Assembly (NCBI GenBank): GCA_013239625.1
Contig: MU053557.1
Coordinates: 379,063-443,062, forward strand
Reading direction: 5' to 3'
Source: Lama guanicoe
Taxonomy: Eukaryota
DNA length: 64,000 nt
A program made the position numbers and the translations under genes. The notes below the pieces were generated by a model that was not told the DNA's origin, ran no database searches, and saw only the letters and a program-made list of their open reading frames with translations. Shown here one piece after another: positions 39,731-52,364 of this stretch; within the stretch, counting starts at the first letter, position 1; every line of letters starts with the position of its first letter.

Positions 39731-40331
39731 CTGAAAAGCAAAAAAATGGAAATGGAATTCGTTGGGGCCACTATAAATCAGCCGTTTCCAACTTCCCCTC
39801 CTTAACTCAGAAACTGAAATGAGAGAAGACGTTGTTATTCTCATAAGCACATCCATATTTTTTTCTATTGGCAAAAGCTTAAATAGCACATGGATTTCTC
39901 TTGGGAGAATAACTAATGAAAGAATTTTACAAGGATGTGAGTTATAAAGCTGATCATCTGCTATTTCCAATTTGTCATTGTGTGAGGGGAAACAAAACAT
40001 ACATATAAACATACATACGTATATTCTTTTTTAGTTTAGTCTTCAGACTTTTGCTCCACAGGCAAGACAAGTGAGAGGACCAATTATAACACAAAAGAAT
40101 AAGCACAGATACAACTCATTTTAGAGGCAAATATTATATGTCACATGATCCTGACACATTTTTACATGTTATTATGAGTAATATTACGGCAAATCACTTT
40201 ATTTCTGATTTGGTCTCTGGAGCTCCTGCTTTATCATTAACTGAAACGTCACAGGTAGCATCATTTTCACTGATATGCATGGAAGGTAAAAATACACCAT
40301 ATTTTCCTCATCTATCCTTGCCTTGTTCTTT

Positions 40332-40438
40332 TTTTATTTTGTGTGTGTATATATATGTATATATTTATTGAAGTACAGTCAGTTTACAATGCTGTGTCAA
40401 TTTCTGATGTACAGCACAGTGCTTCAGTCATACATGAA
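40332..40438 (-). mobile_element. Very short (107 bp) L1 3'-end insertion with 20-bp TSD
   Basis: ttattgaagtacagtcagtttacaatg...cagtcatacatgaa. TSD ctatccttgccttgttcttt (40312-40331) / ctatccttgccatgctcttt (40439-40458). Confidence 0.88.
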
Positions 40439-41201
40439 CTATCCTTGCCATGCTCTTTATTAAAAATAGAGACTTTGGGGGGAAAGGAAATGACAGCAAG
40501 CATCCTGAAACCACAGCTTAGACACACGACAGTAATCCATAATCATGACACCTGTCAATGAATTATCGATGATGGGAGATCACTCAGCCTTAGATGGCAG
40601 AGAGGATCAGTCCAAGGGCTGAGTGTAATTCCCAGCACAACCTCTCACATTCTACCCTCTTTTTTCCTGCTCAAGATATTAGAATACAAGTATGCAAGGA
40701 TGATCTCATTATAGGGGCAACTTCCAATCTCCCCTAATTATATGTAAAAATATTTCATTTATGAACTCAAAAGGTTTAACAAGTAGTGTAATTAACTATT
40801 ATTATTTATATAACCTGAATCATTCAGCCTCACCTACACGAGGCTACAAAGAGGGTCACACGTATATATAACTTACAATGTCTTTCAGACTCTTACTTTC
40901 TCAAAATAGAATTTGTTCCCACTGAAAGACATCCTCTCAAGTGGTGCTCCACTTATTCCTACAAATCACCCTGGCTATTGCCATGACCATGTGGCACCTA
41001 CCAAGTTTTTTTTTTTCTCTCTCTCTCCTGATCTAGCTCTCATTTTGTTGCTGTCTATTACCTGCTTTCAAATCTTCCTGAAGATCATTCAGCTTTGCTG
41101 CATAAATGGTGGCAAAAATGTCTACTGTTTCCAAAGCTGGCAGTTTGCAGGATGCCAGCCTGGGGCAGGTTCCATGAACAGACGGTGACCCTGAACTATA
41201 C

Positions 41202-41717
41202 TGTATTCGTTTTCTATGGCTGATGAAACAAATTACCACAAACGTAATGGTTTAAACCAACACAATTTATCATCTTATTGTTCTGGAGGTCAGAAGTTCA
41301 ACAGGGGTTTTACTGGGCCAAAACCAAGGTGTTGACAGGACTATATATTTATATTTTTTCCCTGGAGGCTCTAAGGAAGAATTCATCTCCTTGTCCTTTT
41401 CAGCTTCCAGATGCTACATGTATTTCTTGACTCATAGCCCCATCCTCCAATTGTAAAGCCAACAATATTGCATCTCTCCAGTCATTCCTCTAATCATGAA
41501 CCCCTCTACCTCTCCTCTTCCACTTTTACGGACTCTTGATTACATTAGGCTCACTCAAATAATCCAAAATAATCTCCCTCTCTTAAAGTCAGCGGATCAG
41601 CAATCTTAATTCCATCTGCAACTTGAATTTCCCTTTTCCATATAACCTAACACAGTCAAATGTTCTGAGGATTATGACATGGACATTCTGGGGGGAGGGG
41701 ACATTATTCTGCCTACA
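41202..41717 (-). mobile_element. MaLR solo LTR, MLT1C-like
   Basis: tgtattcgttttctatggctg...aattaccacaaa...gttctggaggtcagaagt...cattattctgcctaca. Confidence 0.88.
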
Positions 41718-41814
41718 AAGTATACTTTGTCACTTGAACGCCAAAACAGTATTTTTCATGTCCAAAGTCTCTCGTGTCATTAATTACCAAATTTCTAGTA
41801 TTATCAGGTCATAG

Positions 41815-42190
41815 GAAATGAAGTTAATATATTAAAGTCAACTGTATTTCTATATACCATTAACACATAACTGGAAAACAAACATAATACCATAATACCA
41901 CCCAGGAATATCCAACACCTAGAAATAAATTAATAAACGACATGCAAAAATTCTACACTGGAAACTTTAAAACAGTGCTGAGAGAAATTCAAGAAGACCT
42001 TTGAACAAAGTGGAGAAGTATACTAGGTTCATGGATTAGAAGACTCAACATTGTTAAGAAAGCAATACCCCTAAACTCACCTATAGACTCAATGCAATTC
42101 CAATGAAAGTTGCCATAAAAACACCGGCAAAACTTGTATTAGAAATTGACGAGTTGATGCTCAAATGTGCAAAGCATTCAAAACAGGACA
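41815..42190 (+). mobile_element. Old LINE-1 ORF2 fragment
   Basis: gctgagagaaattcaagaagacc...ttcatggattagaagactcaacattgttaag...caatgcaattcc. Confidence 0.8.
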
Positions 42191-42259
42191 CATTCATCAT
42201 TTATGGTCAGTATTAATGCAATTCAGTTGAAAAAAATATTGGAACTTCGTAAAAGAGAG

Positions 42260-42865
42260 GGCAGCAGCATAATGAAATGATAAGGCAGCTCTGGGTTCAA
42301 AGCCCAGCTCTGTCACCTGCAACTGTCCCACCCTAAGCAGAGCTCTGGGGAGAAGTACGGGATGAAGGATGTATAGTTTGAAAAGGCACTCAAGGAGGCT
42401 TGGAAATAACTCACCCCTGCCCCCATCTCCCATCAACCACCTGGACGCAGAAGCATGGTTCTAAATGAATCATTCAAATGATACTACGCTCCTGAAATTG
42501 GAAGGGACCTTTGAGAATATTATATTTACCCAAGCTTCTCATGTTTCAAAAAAGGGAAACAGAGGCCCAAATAGGGGTGAAGTGACTTGGTCAAGATCAC
42601 ACAAATATAAAGGCAAGTGTTCTCTATCAAAGTTAGACCACAGCCCGGCCCTAGCTGCCCAAATCCGAGTCCACAACCCAGACTGGCCGCCCACTCGCCA
42701 TGTAACTCAAGGATGAGCCTCTGAAATTCAGATCCCTTACCTGAAAACATGGGGGGAAATAACATCTATTGTTAGAGATATGTTGAGGAGTATTAGGAAA
42801 ATAACTTTTAAAGTGTTTAGCAAATTGCTTGACACATAGAGAGCACTCAGCAATTTTTTCTTTCC
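42260..42865. mobile_element. Cluster of three MIR relics in both orientations
   Basis: ctgggttcaaagcccagctctgtcac (plus); gggaaacagaggccca...gtgacttggtcaagatcacac (minus); aaagtgtttagca...gacacatagagagcactca (plus). Confidence 0.7.
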
Positions 42866-42929
42866 TCTTTCCCTCTCTGTGCTCTATACGTAGCTGACCT
42901 CTCATTAAATACATACTCTAACATGGACA

Positions 42930-43400
42930 TTAGCTGGGTCTTTTGTTGCAAGAAACAGAGCTCTATTCAGGTTAACCTAAGTAAAAGTGGGGTACCTGTT
43001 ATAAGAGGATTATCATGAAGACCCCGAAGTCATGAACTCAGCCAGGCTTCAGGAAATCACCGGAACCAGGAACCATAAAGACCTCTCTTCCATCTCTCTT
43101 TTCTGCTCGTCTCTCTGCATCTGCTCCTCTGTCTGTCTCTCTTTTTCTCTGCTTTTGTATGCACATGGCAATAAAACATGGGTATCCTAAAATTCAGAGC
43201 AGATTTCTTCCATTTACCAGCCCAGACCTCAACTGTGTTATTTTAGTCTAAATGCCAAACTTTCTGAGAAGGAGAATTTGGTTGGCCAGCCAGTGGAAGG
43301 GAGGGCCAGTAGAGACACACAAAAGAAATTGGCTGCCAGGGACCCATCACTCCAGGTGAAAAGAAGTTATAGGGGTCCTTGTAAGTTGGACAGAGGCCCC
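42930..43400 (-). mobile_element. Old MLT1-type LTR
   Basis: tcttttgttgcaagaaacagag...aacctaagtaaaa...ccaggcttcagg. Confidence 0.55.
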
Positions 43401-44844
43401 CTAAAAATATACTACAACAAACTGGCAACTTGTTGGTAGACATCTGAGAGGAATCCCCGCCACGTTTGAAAGGTTTCCAGCTCAGCACATAGCTCAGAGA
43501 GGCAGTGCCCGACTCCGAATGCCCTATGCATCAGTGTGGGTACACTGACGACTCAGATTTTATCTATTTCCAAAGCGCCCCGTTGACTTTTTTAAACTCC
43601 CAGAGCCATGGCCACAGAGCGGGTTTCCTCAGGTCTCTTTCCTCAACTTAGTCACGAGGAGCGTGAGATCGGATATTCCCGCTCTTAAAACCTGGCCTTA
43701 CGGAAAAAACTGTTCTTAAAAGAGTCATCTCATTTCAGATAGGCTTGGCTCTAAAATAAAAGGCCCCTTTCACGGAGTTGCTATGGAAAGTTGCCACGAA
43801 GTGTACTATATCAGGGAAAATATTGGCTTAAGGTTTTTCTGCTCTTCAACAGTTATTCCCAGAGTCCAGTTGCTAGAAACCCTCCAGCTCAGCAGTCTGG
43901 TTTTTCGCTCGTGTACATAACTGCCTTTCTAATGAATGAATTACATGTGAGCTAATTATAGAAAATTCTTTTTTGGGGCATGGGGGGTGCGGGTAGGACT
44001 TAGCATGGTCCTTTATTATGCATGGTCTTTTATTGGCAAAACCAACCACCTCTCCAAGTTTTAAATTTCATTAATTTTCTCCTTAATTAAAACCATTGAT
44101 TTTAGTGGAAAAATAAATGAACCGCATGCTTTTCTAATGGATGTAAGCTTATGCTATGCAAATACCAGAGAGTCATGCACTGGTCCAGCACTGCCCCAGT
44201 TTATTACCAGCTTTAAAAAAAACAACAGAAACTGTTAACACAAGTCTCCTTTACCCCAGATGAGGGAAGCTCTGCTTTGGGACTTTGCTAATAGTGAGCA
44301 GAAAACACTGCTCAGAAGTTTCAAACTTAATTTGCAAGTAGGTCATTCTTTTCCATAGTCTCTCGGCATGTTTGGAAAAATCTGAATGATGGAATTGAAA
44401 ATTGTGCGGCTCTAAGGCACAGAGGAATGTTGACACTGGTGAGGTCTAGCTCGAAGCCCAGAGTCGTCTTGTGCATGAATGAGGACGATGAGCTGAATGT
44501 GGAGAGGAGTTACAGCAAGGAAGCTGGACACATGCCCGCTGCCTTCGCTCGGTAGAGTGAGGTGAAAAGTCGACACATAAGCGTGTGTGTCTCATTTTTC
44601 CAAACTGGATCAACCCACCATGATCTATGCACTAGTCGTTTCCTTTCTGTTCTGTCGTCTCCTCCTCTGAGAGTATCTGGAGTCCTATCAAAGAGGGCAG
44701 TGACTTCCAGCAAGTCCACACTCAGCCGGGAGCCACCAACGACCGGTACACCCAGAGCCCTTCTTCCCCACACACGACTGGGAAACGAGCAGTTAACATA
44801 CGGTGGCCATTATACATCAACTTTCCCCTACTTTGCAAACCTTT

Positions 44845-45510
44845 ATATTTAGGGATTCAACCTTTAGAAATGTGTCCTACAGGAATGTTTGCTTTAGGGT
44901 TATCAGAGTTTTTATTACAACACTGTTTTTTTTTTAAGGAACAAAACTTAAGAACAAAGTTAAGTGTTCATAATTGGGATAATAGTTAAATAAATTATGG
45001 TGCATGCATATGACAGAATACTAAGTGGTCAGAAAAAGGAATACAGTCCAGCCATGGATTAGGACGTGGGAAAATATCCGTAATATGCGGTTGGATAGAA
45101 AAAGCAAAACAGCCCACATATTATAATTTAATTTTTGTGAAACAATATATTTCTATGGACTTGCGTGTATGTGTGGATAATGCACACACACCAAAAAGAT
45201 CCAATAGGGTACAAATTAATTCTTAACAGCAAAAGGTGGCTCTGGGATGGACGGGAAAGGAACTTACACGTTTTACTGTCTACACTCTGATATTGTTGAA
45301 TTTCCTACCATTAGAAGATATTATTTTATAATTAACAAATAAATATGATTAGGTACAGACTTTCAGTTTAGGACAGTGACAGAGTTCTGGAGATGAATGT
45401 TGTTGATGGTTGCATGACAATGTGACTGTGCAAATGCCACTGAACCAGACACTTAAACATGGCTGAAATGGTAAATTTTACGTTATGTATATTCTACCAC
45501 AATAAAAAGA
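44845..45510 (+). mobile_element. L1ME-type 3' fragment followed by an L1MB-type 3' end (about 45351-45509)
   Basis: taaataaattatggtgcat; ggtacagactttcagttt...gttctggagatg...ggtaaattttacgttatgtatattctaccacaataaaaa. Confidence 0.8.
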
Positions 45511-46225
45511 TATGTCCTTCCCAAGGGCATCTCCATTGCATAAGAAATGGGCAGTGGGTGATCTGAAGGATGAACCACCTGTTCTCAGGTAAGTTCACAT
45601 AAGTGATGCTGGACCCGTGTGTAAAAAGTGTCCCGGATGTAATACCAGTGAGTTAGATGTGATGGGGTCCTGCGAGTTGCAGATGATGTCCTTGAGCAAC
45701 TAGGGTAGGACAAAGGTCACCATCGCCTGTTAGCATCACAGGAGAGCTCCCTTTGGTAAAGTAGATATTCAGGGGGAGGCTCTTCACATCATCTCTTACG
45801 TGCATAACCACAACCACAACGCCCTTCCCCGCTTCAGCAGTGACTGCTTTTTCTCTTAAGCCTCAGCCTGGTTGTAACAGTGTACTGGGTTAACACCTTT
45901 GTCCACAGCTGCCTACATGCTGGAATTCCTTAAGGGTCCATGTGACATTTCCTGGCCATTTAATTGTATGGCATTATAACTTTCAAGCTGACACATGTCA
46001 CAGTTGACACGAAAAACAGTTACCAGTATCGCTAAAATAGAAAGGAAGAAGGGTCTGAGGGCAACTTACACTTACAAGACAAAGGGTGGCTTTAAGCTTC
46101 AGTGAACCAGTCAATGAGCATGTATTAATTACCTACTGTATGAGCTAGGTAGGGCCCACAAACACTATACAGGTGCCTGAGCTTAAGGGCTTACACCTTA
46201 CGAAGAAGATACTTAAAATGCAAGG

Positions 46226-46303
46226 CACTGAACTGAACTGAATTGAATCAGACTGGATTGGACTGGACTGGATTACATGGAATTGGATTCTTTTTGATTT
46301 GAT
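46226..46303. repeat. Degenerate pentanucleotide repeat (ACTGA/ACTGG/ATTGG/ATTGA)
   Basis: actgaactgaactgaattgaatcagactggattggactggactggatt..., abutting an antisense L2 end (ttcaacaaacgttta). Confidence 0.75.
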
Positions 46304-46800
46304 TCAACAAACGTTTAACCCCCGTAAAAATACCCCACTTTGCAAGGTAGCATGAGTTTGAAGAGGAGAATAAAAGCACCAACAAAATAAGACCCCCCAT
46401 CCTACAAGATTCACAATGAGGAGGCGGCAGGGATGAACCTAGGGGAAGGCAAGCCATACCGTGATGGTGGTAAAGGAGAGCTATACGCGTAAATCGGGAG
46501 AGGACTGCATCCGTTGTGTCCGCGGCGATTGGAGTGTGACTCAGAACAGACGGGAGTGGGGGTGATGCCCAGGCTGGGCGAGCAGTGTGAGCAAGGGCCT
46601 GGGGCTGGAATGTGCCAGTGTTCGGGGGACAGGGCGGCTCATTTCCTCTAGAGCGGAGCATACAGGATGGGGGACAAGGCTCTCTACGTGAGACAAATTA
46701 GGGGAGGGAGTCTGGGGCCAGGGCCTCCAGGCACTTGTGGACAATCGCAGAGTCCAAGGGCCGAAAAGGTGATGGGAACTTAGTGTTCTACTAGCAGAGC
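46295..46800 (-). mobile_element. L2 fragment
   Basis: ttcaacaaacgtttaa...gcagtgtgagcaagggcctgggg...ggggccagggcct. Confidence 0.55.
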
Positions 46801-47689
46801 TTTTACCCACGGGAAGCCATCGCCTCTCACTCAGGTCACTGCACAGGTTTTAACCACTCTTTCTGCTCCCGCTCCACCCTCTCGAATCCATTCCCGGTAT
46901 GATAGTCAGTGTGGTCTTTCAGAGACTGCAAATCAAATCATGCGACAATTCTGGCTAGTGTTTTTCCCTTGTTTCTTTCTAAGTTCAAAATGTTAACATG
47001 ACCTTGGGGGCCTGCAGGGTAGGGGCCCCAGCTCCTGGCCTCCTCAAGACACTCTGTCTCTCCCGTAATGCTCAGTCCACCTGAACTGCTCCTTCCAGAT
47101 CGTAGACTGCTCATAGGTGCCTGGGCCATCTGCAGTGCCGGAAAAACTGTGAGCGGTCAACACACAGCTGTGGGAAAGAGCCTGGCAGGCAAGCAGGTCT
47201 GCGGGAGTGAACTGCATCTACAAGATGCATCTCAGGTACCACCCACCCTCATCGTGGGATGCCTGCAGGGGCAAGGGACTCCCTCTTCTGCCTGGAGAGC
47301 AACAGACAAATGGGCACAGATGGGGAAAGATTCTGACGAAGATCAGCAGGATTTTGTAGCCGGAACGAGGCCACCGCTAAATTGACCTGCCACGGAGTCC
47401 AGGTTGAGCAAGACAAGTCAGAAAGGGGGATGCAAACTGAGAGCAGAGCAAAGGCTGACTATGGCCCAAGGGAGCGTGAGAGACACACGTTCATGAGACC
47501 ACCATCACAGAAGGGCTCGGAAATGTCAAGATCACAGCAGGGAAGACCTTGAGGAAGGGCTGCCAGGTGGCTGGAGTGGCGAAGAAGGTCACAGGAATTA
47601 AGGTCTAGAAATTGTTGGACAGAGAGCTGAGGTCACCCAGGATAAGAGCTCACCACTGGACCCCTTTTATAGGACATTGAACTGCAATC

Positions 47690-47862
47690 CCACATTTACT
47701 TGTTGGTTTATTTGTTATTGTCTATTTTTCACCACCCCAAGCAGATTATAATCTCCTCAAGGGCCAGTGCCAGGTTTGTTTCAGTGTGATATCTAACATC
47801 TATCATAATCAGAGATGCTTCTTAAATATTTGGAGGATAAATGGATCATTGAACGAATGAGT
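47690..47862 (+). mobile_element. L2 3' end
   Basis: gattataatctcctcaagggcca...taaatatttggaggataaatgga. Confidence 0.65.
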
Positions 47863-48229
47863 GCTGACCGTACCTCGCTCTCTCATCCATCCTTTTACAG
47901 TTTGAAGGTGACTCTGCCTATAGAAGTTGCGTGCTGTGAGTGAAAAACGGTTGGGAGTTGTGAAGACATAGTTTTACCAAGCTATTCAACACTGGATTAT
48001 ACGCAGTTGTTCGAATTACTCTTCAGTTGCTGAATTTGTCCTCTCTGCTCTGACACTGTATGTTCTTTGAGGGCAAGAGCCAAATCCTGCGTAAGACTTC
48101 ATTTCTATTTTCAGAGACCCCAGCGCAGTGCTGGGAAAATAGTACCTAGATAGGTACCAGGCTCGAGGGAAGGTTTTGCAGTTCGACAGGCTTTTTTTTT
48201 TTTTCTTTTTATAGCTACACAAAATTGCT

Positions 48230-48395
48230 TCTGTCAGTGATCTTCGTGTCTTACTCAGTTTCCTTACCCACAAAATAGGGACAAAAACCAGGCTATAGCT
48301 CCCAGGGTTGATGCAAAGCTTAAATGAGATAATGTACACTACCATTCATCAGGGCCCGTTGCAGAGCACTCCATGCATGGTGGTGGAACACAAAA
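48230..48395 (+). mobile_element. MIR SINE
   Basis: ctcagtttccttacccacaaaataggga...ttaaatgagataatgta. Confidence 0.75.
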
Positions 48396-49229
48396 ATAAC
48401 TCCTTAACCTGTTTTTTAGCCTGGGTGAGCTGCAGCTGCATTTCGGGTTTGTCATGGTTTGCAGTAATGATAGCCTCGTGCTCTTCCTGGGACCTCAGCT
48501 GAAAGGAACATTTCCTCTCCTGGTTTGCTTCAGCAGCAGTGACTCCACCCCAGCACCGCCCCCTCCCCGGGACCAGTCTGGTCTGCATGCTCCTTGGTGG
48601 AGGGGAGTGGGGCTGCTCGCGACCTCAGGGGCTGATCGGGTGTGCACAGCTCCATGCTGCCCTCTGCTGGTGGTCCTTCGGGCTGCCCCTTCTCTGCCCT
48701 GGACTTTCCCAGTGCTGCGCTGACATAAAGGTACAAAGATTAACTATGGGAAGAGCACCATTAAGGAGACTCCCTGAAGATTCCGGGGTGGTGGGGGTAG
48801 GGATGAGGGATGGACTTCACCAGTTGTTCTGTGGCTCGGTTCCCCCTTATCGCGGTGCTCTCACCTTCGCCCAGGGCTCTATGAGGTTATACAGAGCGCA
48901 CCAATGAGAAACTCGGAGTCTCCAAGGCTTAGAAGGTCTTGGAGCTCAGGTGAAGTGGTTCAGAGGCTCTGAGGAGGGTGGTGTCTAGCCTGAGATCACA
49001 CAACTAAACTATGACTTTGGCCTCTCCAGTCCAGAATGACAGCCCATCTGCCGGACCACCTTCTGTAAGGAAAAGTCAAAATGCTCACCATAAAATGGAA
49101 TTTCCTCCAGGAAGGCTTCAGCATTGCCTCATTGAAATTAATCTAAATGACCGCAGTCATGGCCCAGGAGAAATCTTCATTTCTTCCCTTTCCTTCATCC
49201 TTCACGCCCAATAAATAAGCAGGCCATTT

Positions 49230-49945
49230 ATTTTTGCAAATCATGCACCTGTGCACTGTTCTCCACCTCGCCCGCTGCCAGGGAGCACCGCTCATTGTCC
49301 CTCTGGCTGGCATGACTTTAGTTTTCTAATGACTCTCTCTCCGCCTTCTCTCCCATCTCTTTCACAACCCTCTCCCCTCCCAGCTGGTGGAATGAGCTGT
49401 CAGATCATAGATCAGTCCTGTTAAAACCCTTCTCGTTGCACTTAAAATAAATCAACCCTTCACCATGGTCTGCATGTCCCTGTGTGACTCCAGTCTCACC
49501 GCATTCCTGTGCCTCCTCAGTTCTCTACATCCCAACCAAACTGATCCTGCTTCTCTGCCCTTCTCTGCCTCCAGAAGGGCAGCCCGCACCCCTGTACTTG
49601 CTATTCTCTCTGCCTGGATTACTCTTCCCTGCACTCTTCTGAAGGCTGGACTTCCTCTTCCTTCATCTCTTCCCTTCCCTTCTCTTAGAGACGCCAGCAA
49701 CAACCACCCCGCTCAAAGTAGCCTCTCTCCCCACGACTCTCCTTCTCCCATCATTCTCGATCTTGTCTCCCTGTGAATTTCCTTCATAGCAGTAATCATT
49801 GTTTGTTAAGTATCTTCCTCCTTTGCGTCATGAATGTCTTCCATCAGAAATAACTCCTGGGAGAGCAGAGCTCTTGCCGTCCCACTGCTGTCTTCTCAAG
49901 CTCTGGTACTTAATAGATGCTCAAAAAGATACTTGTCGTGAAGAG
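49230..49945 (+). mobile_element. L2 fragment
   Basis: Pyrimidine-rich; cctgttaaaacccttc...cttgctattctctctgcctgga...ctcctgggagagcagag...tagatgctcaaaaagatacttg. Confidence 0.7.
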
Positions 49946-51304
49946 AAACAGCACTTTGTATCTTGTGGGGCTGGCTAACTTCCCACAGCTTCCAGCTGCT
50001 CCCCTGCCACGTCCAACCACGTGGAACCATTTGCATCAGACTGTGCTCTTCTGTTGCTTGACTGAGTGAATGAGCACTCACAAGGGATTTCATTTCCCCC
50101 ACAGCATGACTGTGTGCATGTTTATATGTGCCAAGACCAAAACGTGTATATTCACACAAATCACATTTCTGCCTCCATGTAATTTACAAGTTTCCTTCTC
50201 TTACTCGTCACTGTAAGTCATAGTAACAAGACTTGATAGCACAAAATGCCAACCCATCACATTAATACAAACTTGATATGATGTTTATTTGGTGATGGTT
50301 TCTCCCTGAAACTAGACACTTGGGAATTATTTCCAAGAATAATAATTGAACAGGGAAAGAGACTGTAGTTGCCATTCAAATTAAAACCAGAAATAATTTT
50401 GTGTGTGTTATTTGTCTCTGATTCCACCTCTAGCAATGACTGGAGACAGGTCCTTACGGGTGAGTAACAAGAATGAATATTATGAGAGTCAGAAATAATG
50501 AACCAGTATCTTTCTGAAACCCTACAGCAAATGGCACCACAAAAAGAGGGCTGGGTAGGAAAGTATGCCCATGTGAAAAAACAAACGTTGCAGTCAAGAA
50601 CTATGCAGAACCACGTTGTTACGAACGCACAGCATCCTGTCTCCTTTTGACTTGGCAACAATAATCTGGTTACACAAGAGTGGAATTTCAATCAGATCTG
50701 GCCCCTGATGTGGAAGGTGCTGAATCACCTGCCTGGGGGAAGCTGCAGACATTTAGCACTTTCACAGACAGCAGCGAGCTAATAGAATTACAGTCTGGCT
50801 CACTAACCACACATCACTCGGCTGTGCCAGCCTCTCTTTAGAGCAAGGCTGCTTTCTCAAATGCAAACCACAATATACTCTCCCTGCACCTTGTATCTGT
50901 TCATCCTTCTCGATGGTACATGCAAAGTGAAAAGAAATTGAGAGGGGAATGAATGGAATTAATGACAGTCTCCTAGACTGGTTCTCCTCCTTGGCGTATT
51001 AATGACATGGGGGTTTCATCTCCTGGGTCTTATCATCTTTCAAAACTTTTTTTAAATTGAAGTGTAGTCAGTTTACAATGTTGTATCAATTTCCAGTGTA
51101 TTACCTTCTATTCAGAGTAAAAAACATTTAGATTGGCTTGGGTGATAGTCAGATACTTTTTTTTTTGCCTTCAAATATTTTTCACCTTTTCATTTAAATG
51201 TTTGCTGTGTAACATGTGAGAAATGCATGTTCTCCAACTGAAAGTCAAAGTTAGTAATCCCATGACCTACCATGCCAACTAAATCTAATCAAGAATTTGA
51301 AAGA

Positions 51305-51435
51305 AGTGGAGGGTGTAGCTCAGTGGTAGAGTACGTGCTTAGCATGCATGAGGTCTTGGGTTCAATCCCCAGTACCTTCATTAAAAAGATAAATAAATAA
51401 ACCTAATTACCTCTCCCCAAAACAAAAACAAATAA
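51305..51435 (+). mobile_element. Vic-1-like SINE
   Basis: gtagctcagtggtagag...gggttcaatccccagtacc with A-rich tail. Perfect 14-bp TSD aagaatttgaaaga (51291-51304 / 51436-51449). Confidence 0.95.
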
Positions 51436-51839
51436 AAGAATTTGAAAGATTTTATCAAAAGACACATCAAGCAGGCCAGAGACATTTATCTGGATGATCC
51501 AACTTTCCTCTTCAAGACTGATGGGTCATAGAAAGTTTATTTGCTGTTGTCTGTTTTGCTGAAGGGAAGAACCTAAGAAGTAAGGTGGGGTTCAGTTTCA
51601 GATGACAAAGCTCTAGAATGACTTCAGTTGATGGGTAAAACTTGTGAGCTCTTGCCCCGGCAGATCTTAGAGAACAGGCAGATAAGTTGGTACACTCAAA
51701 AAACACCCATTCATCAATGAGGTTTCATCCCAAGATACATTTCACACAACGGCTCTGTGAATGCCTTCATCCCACAGTTCAACACCCTGAACCAGAAGAG
51801 GCTTCAGCAAAGGTGAAGCATGATCTACACAAAGGGCTA

Positions 51840-52080
51840 AGCAGTGGAAGAGCAGTGCGAGCGGGGAGTCACACTTCTTAGAGTCCAGACCCTCCTCCAT
51901 CTCCTATCACCTTGTGACTTTGGGGAAATTCTTGAATCTGGCTAAGCCTCCAGGGTCTTTTGGCTCCGAGATGAGGAGAAAGAATTCTTGCCTGACCTGT
52001 TCTCTACCTGGATGGTTGTGAAGTTCAAATAAAAAGGAGAGCTGCTGGAAATCTGTAAAGAATTGAAAAAATGTAAGATC
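51840..52080 (+). mobile_element. MIR relic
   Basis: tagagtccagac...tgtgactttggggaaatt...ggttgtgaagttcaaat. Confidence 0.55.
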
Positions 52081-52364
52081 TGATGAGTGTGATGATGGTT
52101 CGGTTGATGACAGCAGCTGGTTGGGTATCCAGAAGCATGGGTACTCGGGTCTCTGCCCAAAACCTCATAAAGAAATGGACTGAGGGACAGATACCGCATG
52201 ACTGGAGATCAGGCAGGTGGCTTCCGCCCTAGGAATGATGCTCAGTATGTACCCAAGCCCGGGGAAACAGGGCCACCTAAGTTTTAATGCAAACATTATG
52301 AATTGTTCAGAATGTGACACCAATCAAATGACTTAACCCCTCTGAGTGCCTTGGGTTAAAAGGT

